A DNA stretch of 64,000 nt from Cyanobacteria bacterium J06626_4 (GCA_038523235.1 JBCBJQ010000002.1:64001-128000); one strand, 5' to 3'. Counted from the stretch's first letter, positions 1 through 10,252 are shown. The notes: generated by a model not told the origin, from the sequence alone. Translations and numbers: made by a program.

Positions 1-1279
1 AACGGGAACCTGCATAAGCCACCCGCAGCGACTGGGCGTTGGTGTCCAGATTATTAAAGCCATCGACGTTGATGTCGGTTTCTGAAGGATCTTGTCCCAA
101 GTCGGGACGGCTGATGGGTGGCGTGCCGTCACGATAGAAATCCAGTGAGGCATTCAGAGTAACTTCCCAGTCTTCTGAGGGGGTCCACAGCAGCCGTAGG
201 CGACCTCGCCCGCCCGATTCGCCATCGACGCCCTGCTCAGTGACGGTGTTGAAGAGATAGCCGTCGCGCCGATCAAGGCTGCCCGACGCTCGCAAAAACA
301 GCTTGTCTTCGATTAGTGGTTCGTTGATCGCAACCCTGGCATCGACGTTGTTGTAGTTGCCAAACCCCAACACGGCGCTGTATTCGGACTCATTGGTGGG
401 CGGCCGCGTCACGATATTGACCACACCGGCCTCAGCATTGCGGCCATACAGCGTCGATTGCGGGCCGCGCAGCACTTCTACCCGTTCCAAATCCGCCAGG
501 TCAAGATCGAGAAATCCGGTGTAGTCGTAGGGCACGTCATCGATGTAGAACGCGACCGGGTCTCTGGACAGAAAGTTGAAGTTGCTCAAACCTCGAACGC
601 TGTACAGCAGAAAGTTGCGGCCGGGGGTGTAGACAGTGAAGTTGGGGGTTAACCCGGCAATCTGTTCAATCGACGTGATGTCGGCATCTTCAAGCTCATC
701 TTCAGTGAAGGCGGTGATGCTGATGGGCACGTCTTGCAGATCGTCCGGCTGTTTTTCCGCAGTAACGGTAATGCGAATGGGCTCAACGGCGATCGCGGCC
801 ACAGGTGCCACCACGCTCAGCGTCAAGCCATTCGCGGTGGAGACAATCTCTCCGGTGGGGGGCGCATCCAGACCGGTGATGCGGACTTGGACTTGATTGT
901 CGGTAAGGGCGATCGCCTCAACGCTGGCAATGCCCTCGGTTGGCTCAGTTTGGATGAACGGTTCAGCCAATTGAGCATTGGGAATATCGATAATGAGCTG
1001 ATTGCCTGCCGTAGAGAAAGTGCCTGCTAGCGCTTCGCCCTGCGCCGTCTCGATGACTAAATCCAGTCCTTGCTCAGTGGGAATCACCCCAACGCGGGTG
1101 ATCGTGGCCGGAGCCGGGGCTTGGGCAAGCTGACCTGTCATTGCCAGAACCGTACTCTCTGTAAGAGAGGATGCAGTCAATCCTGGCTCGGCATAAGCTA
1201 ACGGAATGAGGGCAATTGCTACCCCAAACCCAGTAACTCCCTGCCTGATAAATCGTGTATGCATCCGTGTCCGTACCAT
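1..1279 (-). CDS. TonB-dependent siderophore receptor with N-terminal AMIN domain (5' part; runs off window start)
   Basis: Not in ORF track; manual translation MVRTRMHTRFIRQG...LIIDIPNAQL...IRITVTAEKQPDDLQDVPISITAF...LERVEVLRGPQSTLYGRNAEAGVVNIVT (plug motif); alternative start 1264. Confidence 0.92.
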   Translation of the reverse strand, partial: MVRTRMHTRFIRQGVTGFGVAIALIPLAYAEPGLTASSLTESTVLAMTGQLAQAPAPATITRVGVIPTEQGLDLVIETAQGEALAGTFSTAGNQLIIDIPNAQLAEPFIQTEPTEGIASVEAIALTDNQVQVRITGLDAPPTGEIVSTANGLTLSVVAPVAAIAVEPIRITVTAEKQPDDLQDVPISITAFTEDELEDADITSIEQIAGLTPNFTVYTPGRNFLLYSVRGLSNFNFLSRDPVAFYIDDVPYDYTGFLDLDLADLERVEVLRGPQSTLYGRNAEAGVVNIVTRPPTNESEYSAVLGFGNYNNVDARVAINEPLIEDKLFLRASGSLDRRDGYLFNTVTEQGVDGESGGRGRLRLLWTPSEDWEVTLNASLDFYRDGTPPISRPDLGQDPSETDINVDGFNNLDTNAQSLRVAYAGSR

Positions 1280-1547
1280 CCAACTTACTCACACCCACGG
1301 CATAGGAGAAAGCTCTACCAAAGGGAGATTCTCAAGCATTCTACAGTAACTGGAGAATACGAAATATGGATTTTATCTAACTAATCACGATGGAGAAAAT
1401 CACCTTAGAGTGGCGGCGATCGCCCCCGCATTTGTACAAGTAACGCTTTAACTACGCCCGCATCTCGTGAATCGAGGTTACGTTAACGACGGTAAGTTTC
1501 TGATTGCCATGGCCCAACTGCCCCAACCTGGTTGAACATAAGGAGAA

Positions 1548-2045
1548 TTATCCTTGAAGCCGCGATCGCAGAGATTTTGCCGTCGCGCTCAGTTCCGAGT
1601 CGGGTACCCGTGGCCGCTCTCGAAACGTAATCGTTTGCTCGGTGATGTATTGCCTTGATGTGATGTCCGTGGCTGCTACCATCGGCACCACGTGAGCATG
1701 AGCATGGGGAATATCCCCGCCCGTAAATAAGAATGCCACCCGGTCCACCGCAAATAAATCTCTGAGGATGGGGGCTAACTGCTGCCCCACGCTGGCTATT
1801 TCAGTCAAGGTCTCCAGCGGTATCGTGTCGTAATAATCGAAGTGGGCGCGGGGGATAATCTGTATGTGTCCAGTTCTGATGGGACGAATGTCTAAAAACG
1901 CGACTACTTTCGGAGACTCATATACAAAATGAGCAGGCAGATGCCCCGCGGCGATACGGCAGAATAAACAGTGCTCGATGTAGCCGTGAGTTATACCGAT
2001 TTTTACTCCGGGTTTGGAACAGAAAGTAGAGGTTCCCAAACACAA
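1548..2045 (-). CDS. HIT family nucleotide hydrolase (start uncertain)
   Basis: CLFCRI N-terminal motif, FLDIRP, histidine triad HAHAHVV. Confidence 0.85.
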   Translation of the reverse strand: MCLGTSTFCSKPGVKIGITHGYIEHCLFCRIAAGHLPAHFVYESPKVVAFLDIRPIRTGHIQIIPRAHFDYYDTIPLETLTEIASVGQQLAPILRDLFAVDRVAFLFTGGDIPHAHAHVVPMVAATDITSRQYITEQTITFRERPRVPDSELSATAKSLRSRLQG

Positions 2046-2067
2046 ATCGACTCTACATCCTTGATTC

Positions 2068-2110
2068 CTCCTGCCGAGAGAGACTTGGCATCTGGCTCTC
2101 TCGGCGGGAG
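2068..2110. terminator. Strong stem-loop downstream of ABC fragment
   Basis: CTCCTGCCGAGAGAG (2068-2082) pairs with CTCTCTCGGCGGGAG (2096-2110), 14/15. Confidence 0.5.
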
Positions 2111-2155
2111 CAGGAATTGGAGCGCGATTTTGCCCAACGTATCCTCAGCCCCAAA

Positions 2156-2455
2156 TCATGTCAGCGACTGGAGGGCATCCCCCGACTGCACCCGCCACAG
2201 CTTCGCATACCGGCCATTTCGCGACAGCAATTCCTTGTGGGTTCCCTGCTCCACAATTTGCCCCGCCTCCATCACATAAATGCAGTCAGCCTGGCGAATC
2301 GTCGAGAGGCGATGGGCGATCGCGATCGTCGTGCGATTCTGTGTAATCTTGGCCAAGGATTTCTGAATGGCCGCTTCCGTTTCGTTATCGACGGCAGATG
2401 TGGCTTCATCTAAAACAAGAATAGGTGGGTCTTTGAGGACAGCACGAGCGATCGC
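2156..2455 (-). pseudogene. C-terminal fragment of an ABC transporter ATPase domain
   Basis: [23 protein letters not shown]...IAHRLST present; Walker A and LSGGQ signature absent; homology begins at HIP1 2448-2455. Confidence 0.85.
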
Positions 2456-2660
2456 CCGCACCGAGATTCCACTTCAAGGTTTAGCCCTAAAGTTCGTCAA
2501 CGCTGGGAACAAGCGGAGTCGTGAGCTGGACTAGAGAACCCTCAAATCGACTCAGACTTTTCCATGCAGGGACAAAGATATAAATCTGTTGAACTCGGAT
2601 CATCCTTGGGGCGAGGCTGTTGTCGAATAGTTGATAGCTGCTGCCATATCTTCATCAGTG

Positions 2661-4409
2661 TTAGACACAATTGCCTTGTCGCCAGGTTTGTGATTGTTGC
2701 TGTATCGCCCACATAGCCGCGTAGCGTCCTTGCTGAGCAAGTAACTGTGGGTGTGAGCCACGTTCAATAATCTGGCCATCGGCTAGAACAAGAATTAAAT
2801 CGGCTCCGACTGTGGTCGAGAGCCGATGGGCAATTACGATCACGGTTTTGTCAACCACAAGGCGATTGATGGCTTCTTGCACCGCGACTTCACTTTCCGT
2901 GTCTAGCGCCGAGGTGGGTTCGTCGAGCAAGACGATAGGGGCATCTTTAAGCATGGCGCGAGCAATGGAAAGGCGCTGACGCTCACCGCCAGACAGGGCA
3001 CCCCCAATGTCACCAATGCGGGTGTCATACCCCTGGGGCAGTCGGGCAATAAAGTCATGGCAGTTAGCGGCTCGGGCAGCTGCTTCGACCTCGGTATCGG
3101 TAGCCTCAGATTTAGCCATCCGGATATTGTTGAGAATAGTGTCGTCAAACAAATACACATCTTGAAAGACGACTGAGATCGACCGCATCAAATCGGCTGG
3201 TTCAACCTGTCGGATATCGACAGGGCCAATGCGAATGGCTCCCTCCTGAACATCGGCAAAGCGGCTGATTAAGCGAGTGATCGTAGTTTTGCCACTGCCG
3301 GAAGGTCCAACCAGCGCTGTGAGCGATCGCACAGGCGCTTGAAACGAAACATCCCGTAGCGCCCAGGCCGTTTGTTCAGCATAGTGAAAGGATACCTGGT
3401 CAAAGGTGATGTCAAAACGGGTCAACTGAGCTGGCGGCCTTTGCACGGGCAGGGCCGGAATCTGCATCACCGCTTCGATGCGCTCCAGGCCGATTTCCAT
3501 TAAATCAAAAATGCTGGTGAGCCCGACGAGTTGGGCTACCGGTTCAGTGAACCGCATGGCAATCACAATTAGGGCTAACAGGGCAGGTATGGAAAGGCTA
3601 CCTTGCAAGATGAACAGAACCCCCAGGCCAATGACGACCAAAATGCCGACTTCAACAAGCGTCGCCATCGTTATGAGGGGCAGACTAACGAGGCGTTGTC
3701 CTTGTGCTTGCGCGGCCCGCTGGTGTTCTAGAGCTGCTTGTAGCCGTTGCGATCGCACCCCAACTTGCTGGGTCGCTCGCAACACCGGTAGCCCCTGAGC
3801 ATATTCCACCACTCGGGAGGCGGTGTCGGCATTGGCGGCAGCCACTTCTCGCAGCGTGCGTTTGACCCGCGATCGCATCTGTCGATAAACCGGAATAGCC
3901 AGCGGAAACGTCACCAGTAGAGCAATGGCTAAGCGCCAATCAATCAATAGCGTAATGAGCACAATCACTGAGGGCACCACGACTGTTTGAATCACCAGCG
4001 TAGACAGGCTACCAATCCACATCACCAGTTCGCTGACGTTGCCGTTCATCACCACATTGAGATCGCCCGACTGTCGCCGATTGAGCGCTTGTAAGGGTAT
4101 CCGTCTGAGTTGTTGGCCCAAGCGTAAGCGGGTGTTGTGGGCCACGTCGGTAGAAGTCAGCCAGCTAAAATCCAACTCTTGCCAGCGGAGCAGCCCCTCA
4201 ACAACAACTAAAACTCCAAATAGCGCTAGGAGTACCCAGACCCGCTGCGCGGCAATGGGCCGAGCCATTAAGGCTGACAGCAGCGGAAAAAACAGGGCAA
4301 AGATGATGCCTTGAAGAATGGAGGCGATGACGGATAAGAGGAGAGCCTTTTGCAGCTGTGGTTTATAGGCACCAGCAACGTTCATCATGCGGCGGTAGGT
4401 TTTGAGCAT
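2661..4409 (-). CDS. ABC half-transporter (TMD+NBD), YbtQ/IrtB-like siderophore importer subunit
   Basis: Several TM segments, GPSGSGKT, LSGGERQR, LLDEPTSALD; VEYAQGLPVLRA; iron-uptake context. Confidence 0.85.
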   Translation of the reverse strand: MLKTYRRMMNVAGAYKPQLQKALLLSVIASILQGIIFALFFPLLSALMARPIAAQRVWVLLALFGVLVVVEGLLRWQELDFSWLTSTDVAHNTRLRLGQQLRRIPLQALNRRQSGDLNVVMNGNVSELVMWIGSLSTLVIQTVVVPSVIVLITLLIDWRLAIALLVTFPLAIPVYRQMRSRVKRTLREVAAANADTASRVVEYAQGLPVLRATQQVGVRSQRLQAALEHQRAAQAQGQRLVSLPLITMATLVEVGILVVIGLGVLFILQGSLSIPALLALIVIAMRFTEPVAQLVGLTSIFDLMEIGLERIEAVMQIPALPVQRPPAQLTRFDITFDQVSFHYAEQTAWALRDVSFQAPVRSLTALVGPSGSGKTTITRLISRFADVQEGAIRIGPVDIRQVEPADLMRSISVVFQDVYLFDDTILNNIRMAKSEATDTEVEAAARAANCHDFIARLPQGYDTRIGDIGGALSGGERQRLSIARAMLKDAPIVLLDEPTSALDTESEVAVQEAINRLVVDKTVIVIAHRLSTTVGADLILVLADGQIIERGSHPQLLAQQGRYAAMWAIQQQSQTWRQGNCV

Positions 4410-4526
4410 GGTTCAGTAGTGATGGAAGGCAATGGAAAACAAGTCGTGAGATCCGAGCGGTGAGCGGTCATATTGAGCGTTTTCAAACAGCCTGTTGCTG
4501 AAGTGAGTCGGTCGTTCTAAAACAGA

Positions 4527-5111
4527 CTAAAGCAGACCGGGCAATAACCGCTTGGTCTGGTCCATGTAGGCCTGATACTGGTCGCCAAATTGCGCTAGCA
4601 TCATGGCTTCTTCCTTGCCGACGCGCAAACAGTACAGAGTGCCGAAGGCCAGAATTCCCGACAAACCCGCCATCCAATTGGTTAACAGCAGCCCTTGGGC
4701 CAGACTCCACAGCCAAATTGCCGTATACATCGGGTGACGAATCGTTCGATAGATACCGGCAGTCACCAGGGTATGGTCTTCTCGCACTTGCAATGTGGGC
4801 GACCAGTTTTTGCCCAAATCGCGATGGGAGAGCCAAAACAGCCACAGTGCGATCGCAAATATCAGTACCCCGAGAAGGTTAGCCCAAATCGGCAACGAGT
4901 AATTCGCAAACCTGAGCCAGGGAGTCACGATGTAGACCACGGGAAGAACAAACATGCCCAGAAAGACCAAGCCCAGCAATATTTTTTCCTGAAGGGTCTT
5001 GCGATCGTCGGCAATCACGTTTTGCTTTTGCACTCGCTGGTGGGGAATGCGGATGATCGTGCTAGCCATTAAGCCCATCAGGAAAACGATTTTGAGTGTG
5101 AGCGTTTCCAT
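4527..5111 (-). CDS. Isoprenylcysteine carboxyl methyltransferase (ICMT/Ste14) family membrane protein
   Basis: LVTAGIYRTIRHPMY, EEAMMLAQFGDQYQAY motifs. Confidence 0.9.
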   Translation of the reverse strand: METLTLKIVFLMGLMASTIIRIPHQRVQKQNVIADDRKTLQEKILLGLVFLGMFVLPVVYIVTPWLRFANYSLPIWANLLGVLIFAIALWLFWLSHRDLGKNWSPTLQVREDHTLVTAGIYRTIRHPMYTAIWLWSLAQGLLLTNWMAGLSGILAFGTLYCLRVGKEEAMMLAQFGDQYQAYMDQTKRLLPGLL

Positions 5112-5149
5112 CTTTAAACCTCGTCATCAAAAAGTCTCGTAGTTAAATT

Positions 5150-6949
5150 TCAATTAGGGTGGGTAAACGCTGCCGACAAGCGGTCAGAGCGAACCCCTAA
5201 CTCCCAATTTTGGGCCTGCTGATATCGTGACCAGAGTCTGGCATACACACCGTTGGCCGCGACTAGTTCGTCATGCTTACCCAGCTCCACCAACCGGCCC
5301 CGATCGAGAACGGCAATTTGGTCGGCGCTCATGATAGAAGGCAGGCGATGGGCAATGACAACCAAGGTTTTGCCTTGGGTGAGTGCCGCGATCGCAGCTT
5401 GGATCAGCGCCGCATTCTCAGGGTCAGCAAACGCGGTCGCTTCGTCTAGCACGACGATAGGATTGTCTTGCAAGATGGCGCGGGCAATGGTGATTCGCTG
5501 GCGCTGTCCGCCGGAGAGCCGCGCGCCCCGTTCTCCCGCGATAGTGTCGTAACCGTTCGGCAACGTGAGGATAAACTCGTGGGCCTGAGCCGCCTGAGCC
5601 GCTGCCGCCACCTCTGCATCTGTGGCCTGGGGTCGACCGAGCTTGATGTTATTGCGAATCGTGTCGTGCAGCAAAAAAGTGTCTTGAAACACAAACGACA
5701 CCCGAGACATCAGCGTTTCAGAGGTCATCTGCCGGACATCGACACCGCCAATTTGAACGGCCCCATCGGTCACATCCCAAAACCGGGGAATCAAACGGGC
5801 CAGGGTGGTTTTACCCGCCCCCGACGGCCCGACCAGGGCAGTGACGGTGCCAGCCGGTATCGTCAGCGACACGTCTCGCAGGGCAGGACGCCCTTCACCA
5901 TAGAAAAAGGTGACGTGATTGAATGCGATCGAGGCATCCTGGGGCACCTTGGGTTGTTCCGGCTGAGGCAAGGCCGGTTCCGCCAAAACCGAACTAATGC
6001 GCAGCGCCCCTGCATTGGCTTGGTTAATGAAATACGACAGCGTGAAGATGGGTTTGAATGCTCCACACAGTCGCGGTGCCAGCAAGAGAAACACGAGCAG
6101 TCGCGGGAAGGTCAGCGTCCCTTGTATCATCAGCCCCGTCCCTACCGCTGAGACCACCAGCAACGTGGGCAGCGGTTCAAATAGCAAGGTGCCCAATCGC
6201 CCTGAGAGCTGGGTTTTAGCGTTCCAGTCCCGCAGCTTTTGCGTAAAGGCATCGAGAGATTGTTGAAACCGGGCGAACGAGCTGCTGCCATCATCAAAGG
6301 TACGCACCACCTGCATCCCTTGTACAAACTCAATGATGACGCCGTTGATTTGTTCATTGGCGCGATCGTAGGCAAGGCGCTGTTCAGCATAGTCCCGCAG
6401 CGCTAACCGAATAAAGATCATCCCTACGGGCAGCACTGCCAGAGTGACCAATCCCAGCCGCCAGTCCGCCCCAAACAGAGCAATCAGGGACAGGATTGGA
6501 ATCGCATAGGCTTGCCCAATCAGCGGGGTACTGTCAGCCACAAAGGCGTGGAGTGATTGCACATCATCTTGTACCCACTTTTTGATGGCCCCTGAACCGG
6601 TCGTCACCACGTAGCCGAGCGGCACCTGAGCCAGATGCTCGGCCATGGCCGTTCGCACAATTACTTCTAGCTTGAAGGCGGCCAGGTGGGAAACGTTAAA
6701 GGCCAGTGCCCTGGAGGTGAAGGCGATCGCGACCAGCCCTACCGCCACGGCCAGCCAGCGCCAGATGAGAGTCGGCTCTGGCGACCCCGAGAGGAGTTCT
6801 GCTGCAATGAATGGCACCGTCAGTAAGGAGCCAAGACTGGTCAGAGCACTGAGTGCAGAAAGTGCGATCGCGCTGGCAATACGACCTTTGACTGGAGCCA
6901 TTATGCTCCAGATCCCAGTAGGCGGCTGAGCAAACGCGGATTGAGTCAT
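5150..6949 (-). CDS. ABC half-transporter (TMD+NBD), YbtP/IrtA-like siderophore importer subunit
   Basis: SHLAAF, GPSGAGKT, LSGGQRQR and DEATAFADPEN D-loop typical of the YbtP/IrtA group. Confidence 0.85.
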   Translation of the reverse strand: MTQSAFAQPPTGIWSIMAPVKGRIASAIALSALSALTSLGSLLTVPFIAAELLSGSPEPTLIWRWLAVAVGLVAIAFTSRALAFNVSHLAAFKLEVIVRTAMAEHLAQVPLGYVVTTGSGAIKKWVQDDVQSLHAFVADSTPLIGQAYAIPILSLIALFGADWRLGLVTLAVLPVGMIFIRLALRDYAEQRLAYDRANEQINGVIIEFVQGMQVVRTFDDGSSSFARFQQSLDAFTQKLRDWNAKTQLSGRLGTLLFEPLPTLLVVSAVGTGLMIQGTLTFPRLLVFLLLAPRLCGAFKPIFTLSYFINQANAGALRISSVLAEPALPQPEQPKVPQDASIAFNHVTFFYGEGRPALRDVSLTIPAGTVTALVGPSGAGKTTLARLIPRFWDVTDGAVQIGGVDVRQMTSETLMSRVSFVFQDTFLLHDTIRNNIKLGRPQATDAEVAAAAQAAQAHEFILTLPNGYDTIAGERGARLSGGQRQRITIARAILQDNPIVVLDEATAFADPENAALIQAAIAALTQGKTLVVIAHRLPSIMSADQIAVLDRGRLVELGKHDELVAANGVYARLWSRYQQAQNWELGVRSDRLSAAFTHPN

Positions 6950-7000
6950 GATCTTTTAGAGGAAGACACAGCGGTATGGCGATATCCGTTCGGCAGCTAA

Positions 7001-7015
7001 TGAGAACTATTCTCA
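7001..7015. promoter_or_regulatory. Fur-box-like palindrome upstream of ybtP-like gene
   Basis: TGAGAA-CTA-TTCTCA perfect 6-3-6 inverted repeat. Confidence 0.7.
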
Positions 7016-7057
7016 AGAACTGAGGCCAGCTTAGCAAATTAAAAAGAGTTTGAGGGG

Positions 7058-7594
7058 CTAGTTAGACCGAAACTTTTTAACCCAGAATGGGTTGAGAAAA
7101 AGATAAGATCCGCTGATGACGACTGTCAGCGTAACCAGCAGCGAAACCACTTGAATCAGATTGCCCAGCCCGGCATGGAGCCATTTAAGCAGCCCCTGTT
7201 GGGCCAAGAATGCTTCAGTATTGAAACCGTATTTCAGCAGCTCTCCCGTTTGGGCATTGATATATCCCTCAATGTGTTGTGTTTGATTTTTGAACTGATA
7301 AATATTCAGCTTTGGGAAATAGGTAATGGCATCGATTTCGCTGACCGTGCCAATCCCTTCTAAATGTTGATTTAGGAGAGCCTGCGTGGCTTGCTGTCGG
7401 GAAAACGGTGGCACGGCATCGACCACGGTGGACATTGGCAGGCGGTTATCAATCTGAGGCGAATCAGCGGCTAACAGCGGCGGCAGGGCGATCGCTTCTA
7501 TCCCCCAAATCAGCGTTAAAATCACTACGCTCAGACCTAGCCAACGATGCAATCGTCGAAATCCGTTCGATATGCGCTGCTTGATGCTCATCAT
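7058..7594 (-). CDS. PepSY-associated TM helix protein (compact)
   Basis: RRLHRWLGL N-terminal motif, PepSY-like YINAQTGEL, KWLHAG then TM helix; 3 bp after receptor stop. Confidence 0.7.
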   Translation of the reverse strand: MMSIKQRISNGFRRLHRWLGLSVVILTLIWGIEAIALPPLLAADSPQIDNRLPMSTVVDAVPPFSRQQATQALLNQHLEGIGTVSEIDAITYFPKLNIYQFKNQTQHIEGYINAQTGELLKYGFNTEAFLAQQGLLKWLHAGLGNLIQVVSLLVTLTVVISGSYLFLNPFWVKKFRSN

Positions 7595-7597
7595 GCC

Positions 7598-10132
7598 TCA
7601 AAACCTAGTCCTGAATTGCACGCCATAGGTGGCGGGGGCACCATAGGAAGCGATAGTCCCAATTGGGGGGAGAGAAAACGCTTGGTTAATGTATTCGATA
7701 TCAAAAAGATTGTTGGCAAATAAATAGAGCCCAAAATGTTCGGTTTCATAGCCTAAACGAGCATTCACAATGGCATAGGGATCTTGTTTAAGCGTATTGG
7801 CATCATCAAAAAAAGTTTCGCCTAGTCCTTGCAGCTCAACTCGTCCGAAGAGGCCGATAGGATCGCGATATTGCACGGCCAGATTGTAGGAAATGCTAGG
7901 GGCAAACGTCAGTTGATTGCCACTGACATCGCTGCCGGTAAAGGGGTTCGTAAAATCAGTGAATTCAGCATCCACTAAACCAAAGCCAGCAATAATATCT
8001 AAACCTGTTAGGGGCGTTGCTCTGGCTTCTAATTCAAAGCCGGTAATACTGACATCGGCATTGTCCGTAAACGATCCCCCAATGTCATCAAATAAAATTA
8101 CTTGAAAATCTTCAACGGGGTTGTGAAAGATCGCCAGATTAATGGCGAGGCGATCGTCCAACCATGACGATTTCAAGCCGACTTCGTAATTCCAAGAGCG
8201 CTCGGCTTCATAAGTCGCGGTTTCTTCGCTACCGGGACCAAAATTAGCTCCAGGTGGTCGATAGCCCCGAGTGATGCTGCCATAAGCCAGCATGCTAGGC
8301 GCGAATCGATATTCCGCCACAAAGCGGGGCAGAAGGATATCACCATTTTGTTCAATATCGTTGAGAGGTAACAGGGTCGAATCTGGGAAACCAGGAATGC
8401 GAATAGTGCGCTCAAAATTTTCCAACGTGCTGGTGGTCGATTCATACCTCAGACCGGTTGTTAGCGTCAGCGCATCAATGGGCCGATAGCTCACCTGCCC
8501 AAAGAGAGCAAACGCGTCGCTGTTGACTTCGCTATTGGTGATATTGAGCGTCCCTTCTGGAAACGGTAACCCCAGCAATGAGAATGCATCAGCCCCATAG
8601 CGAAAGCCATTATTTGTTGAGTCAAGTTGATTGGATTCATAATAGGCTCCCGCCAACCACTCAAAACGGTTCGCTGTTTCCGGGGATTGGAAGCGTAGTT
8701 CTTGACTGAAGACACGAGTACCAAGTTCATCAACGAGGCGTACCACGGCATCCGCAGCGGTATAGTCACCGTCATATTCAAAATCATTGCGAGACAGGCG
8801 ATGAGCTGTAATCGAGGTCGCACGAAAGTCGGGGTGGGTATAAGCAACCCGAAGGGACTGAGCATTGACTGTTAGCTCATTAAAGCCATCAAGATTTTGC
8901 TCCGCTTCAAAAGGATTCGATTGATTGAGGGGGACATAGGAGCTGGCACCATCCTGATAATCATCAAAAGAGGCGTTTAAAGCGACTTCCCAGGCTTCAG
9001 ACGGGGTCCACAGCAGTCGAATCCGTCCTGTCCCGCCGGATTGTTCATTAACGCTGTTATCTAAGAGCGTGTTGCGGACGTAGCCATCACGTGAGCCGTA
9101 ACTACCCGATAACCGAAAAAACAGGTTGTCCTCAATCAGCGGTCCACTAGCGCTGGCTCTTAGATCCAAATCGTTAAAGTTGCCATAGCTCGCAATGCCG
9201 CTAAATTCAAATTCGTTGGTCGGCCTGCGGGTAATGAGATTCACGACACCAGCTAGAGAGTTGCGGCCATATAGAACGTTTTGAGGGCCACGCAACACCT
9301 CCACTCGCTCCAAATCGGGGAGATCGACATCCAAAAAGGCCGCAAAACCGTAAGGCACTCCATCGATGTAGAAATCAACCGGATCGCGGTTCGCGATGAC
9401 CGAGGAATTGGACAGTCCGCGAATACTATACAAACCAAAGGAGCGATCGCCACTGGGAAAGAAGGAAAAGTTGGGCGTATTGCGAGCAACCTCTTCCAAA
9501 GACGTGATGTCGGCATCCTCAATTTCCTGTTCTGTAATGGCTGTGATGCTAATCGGGACATCTTGAAGGTCTTCCGGCGTTTTCTCTGCCGTGACAATAA
9601 TCCGCACCGCTTCTGCTACCGCTTCTGCTTCTGTCTCGGGCATTTCTGTAGTGTCGGCGGTGGGAGCAACATCGGGACTAATTGCTAACACCAATCCTTG
9701 CGGATCAACACTGACAGTTGCGGTTGGCGGAGTCGCCGCGCCAGTAATCGCAACCCGAACAGTATTGTCAGTTAAGTTAGAAACCGTAATCAGGGCAATC
9801 CCGGCAATCGGGTTAGCGGCCTGAAAGTCTTCGCCATCCGGCAAACTCAGTGCTGCATTGGGAATATCCACAATGAGGGCGTTCCCCAGCATGGTAGTCG
9901 GCGACACTTCTAGCGCGCCCTCAGCCGTGCTCAAGCCAACATTTAACCCGCTTGCGGTGGGGGTTAAATGTACCGCCATAATTTGGGTAATGCTTGCCTG
10001 CGCTTGCCGTAATGACGGCGCTTCTATCCCCTGGGCAAAGACCGGTTGGGCGATCGCCACCGTGATCGCGGCAGTTGCATACGGTATGCCCCAGCTATTC
10101 GATAACCACTCTCTCACCACGTTATGCCTCAA
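7598..10132 (-). CDS. TonB-dependent siderophore receptor (AMIN + plug + barrel), FyuA-like
   Basis: VTAEKTPEDLQDVPISITA, ERVEVLRGPQNVLYGRNSLAGVVN, C-terminal Phe. Confidence 0.93.
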   Translation of the reverse strand: MRHNVVREWLSNSWGIPYATAAITVAIAQPVFAQGIEAPSLRQAQASITQIMAVHLTPTASGLNVGLSTAEGALEVSPTTMLGNALIVDIPNAALSLPDGEDFQAANPIAGIALITVSNLTDNTVRVAITGAATPPTATVSVDPQGLVLAISPDVAPTADTTEMPETEAEAVAEAVRIIVTAEKTPEDLQDVPISITAITEQEIEDADITSLEEVARNTPNFSFFPSGDRSFGLYSIRGLSNSSVIANRDPVDFYIDGVPYGFAAFLDVDLPDLERVEVLRGPQNVLYGRNSLAGVVNLITRRPTNEFEFSGIASYGNFNDLDLRASASGPLIEDNLFFRLSGSYGSRDGYVRNTLLDNSVNEQSGGTGRIRLLWTPSEAWEVALNASFDDYQDGASSYVPLNQSNPFEAEQNLDGFNELTVNAQSLRVAYTHPDFRATSITAHRLSRNDFEYDGDYTAADAVVRLVDELGTRVFSQELRFQSPETANRFEWLAGAYYESNQLDSTNNGFRYGADAFSLLGLPFPEGTLNITNSEVNSDAFALFGQVSYRPIDALTLTTGLRYESTTSTLENFERTIRIPGFPDSTLLPLNDIEQNGDILLPRFVAEYRFAPSMLAYGSITRGYRPPGANFGPGSEETATYEAERSWNYEVGLKSSWLDDRLAINLAIFHNPVEDFQVILFDDIGGSFTDNADVSITGFELEARATPLTGLDIIAGFGLVDAEFTDFTNPFTGSDVSGNQLTFAPSISYNLAVQYRDPIGLFGRVELQGLGETFFDDANTLKQDPYAIVNARLGYETEHFGLYLFANNLFDIEYINQAFSLPPIGTIASYGAPATYGVQFRTRF

Positions 10133-10174
10133 AGACGCAACCTCGCATCACAAGGTTTATGGAGGTAGATTAGA

Positions 10175-10189
10175 TGAGAATCAATCTCA
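10175..10189. promoter_or_regulatory. Fur-box-like site upstream of receptor gene
   Basis: TGAGAATCAATCTCA. Confidence 0.65.
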
Positions 10190-10203
10190 ATACAGCTCCA
10201 AGC

Positions 10204-10230
10204 GGTATTCTTTTAGGCCCTGCGGGTATT
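10204..10230 (-). promoter_or_regulatory. Candidate AraC binding site (direct repeat, 21-bp period)
   Basis: GGTATT at 10204-10209 and 10225-10230 (AATACC on minus strand). Confidence 0.45.
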
Positions 10231-10252
10231 GGCGGCGGCCTCAAAATGCTGA

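Noticed and set aside
1074..1298. 74-aa minus-strand ORF
   Set aside because: Alternative frame over the receptor's N-terminus
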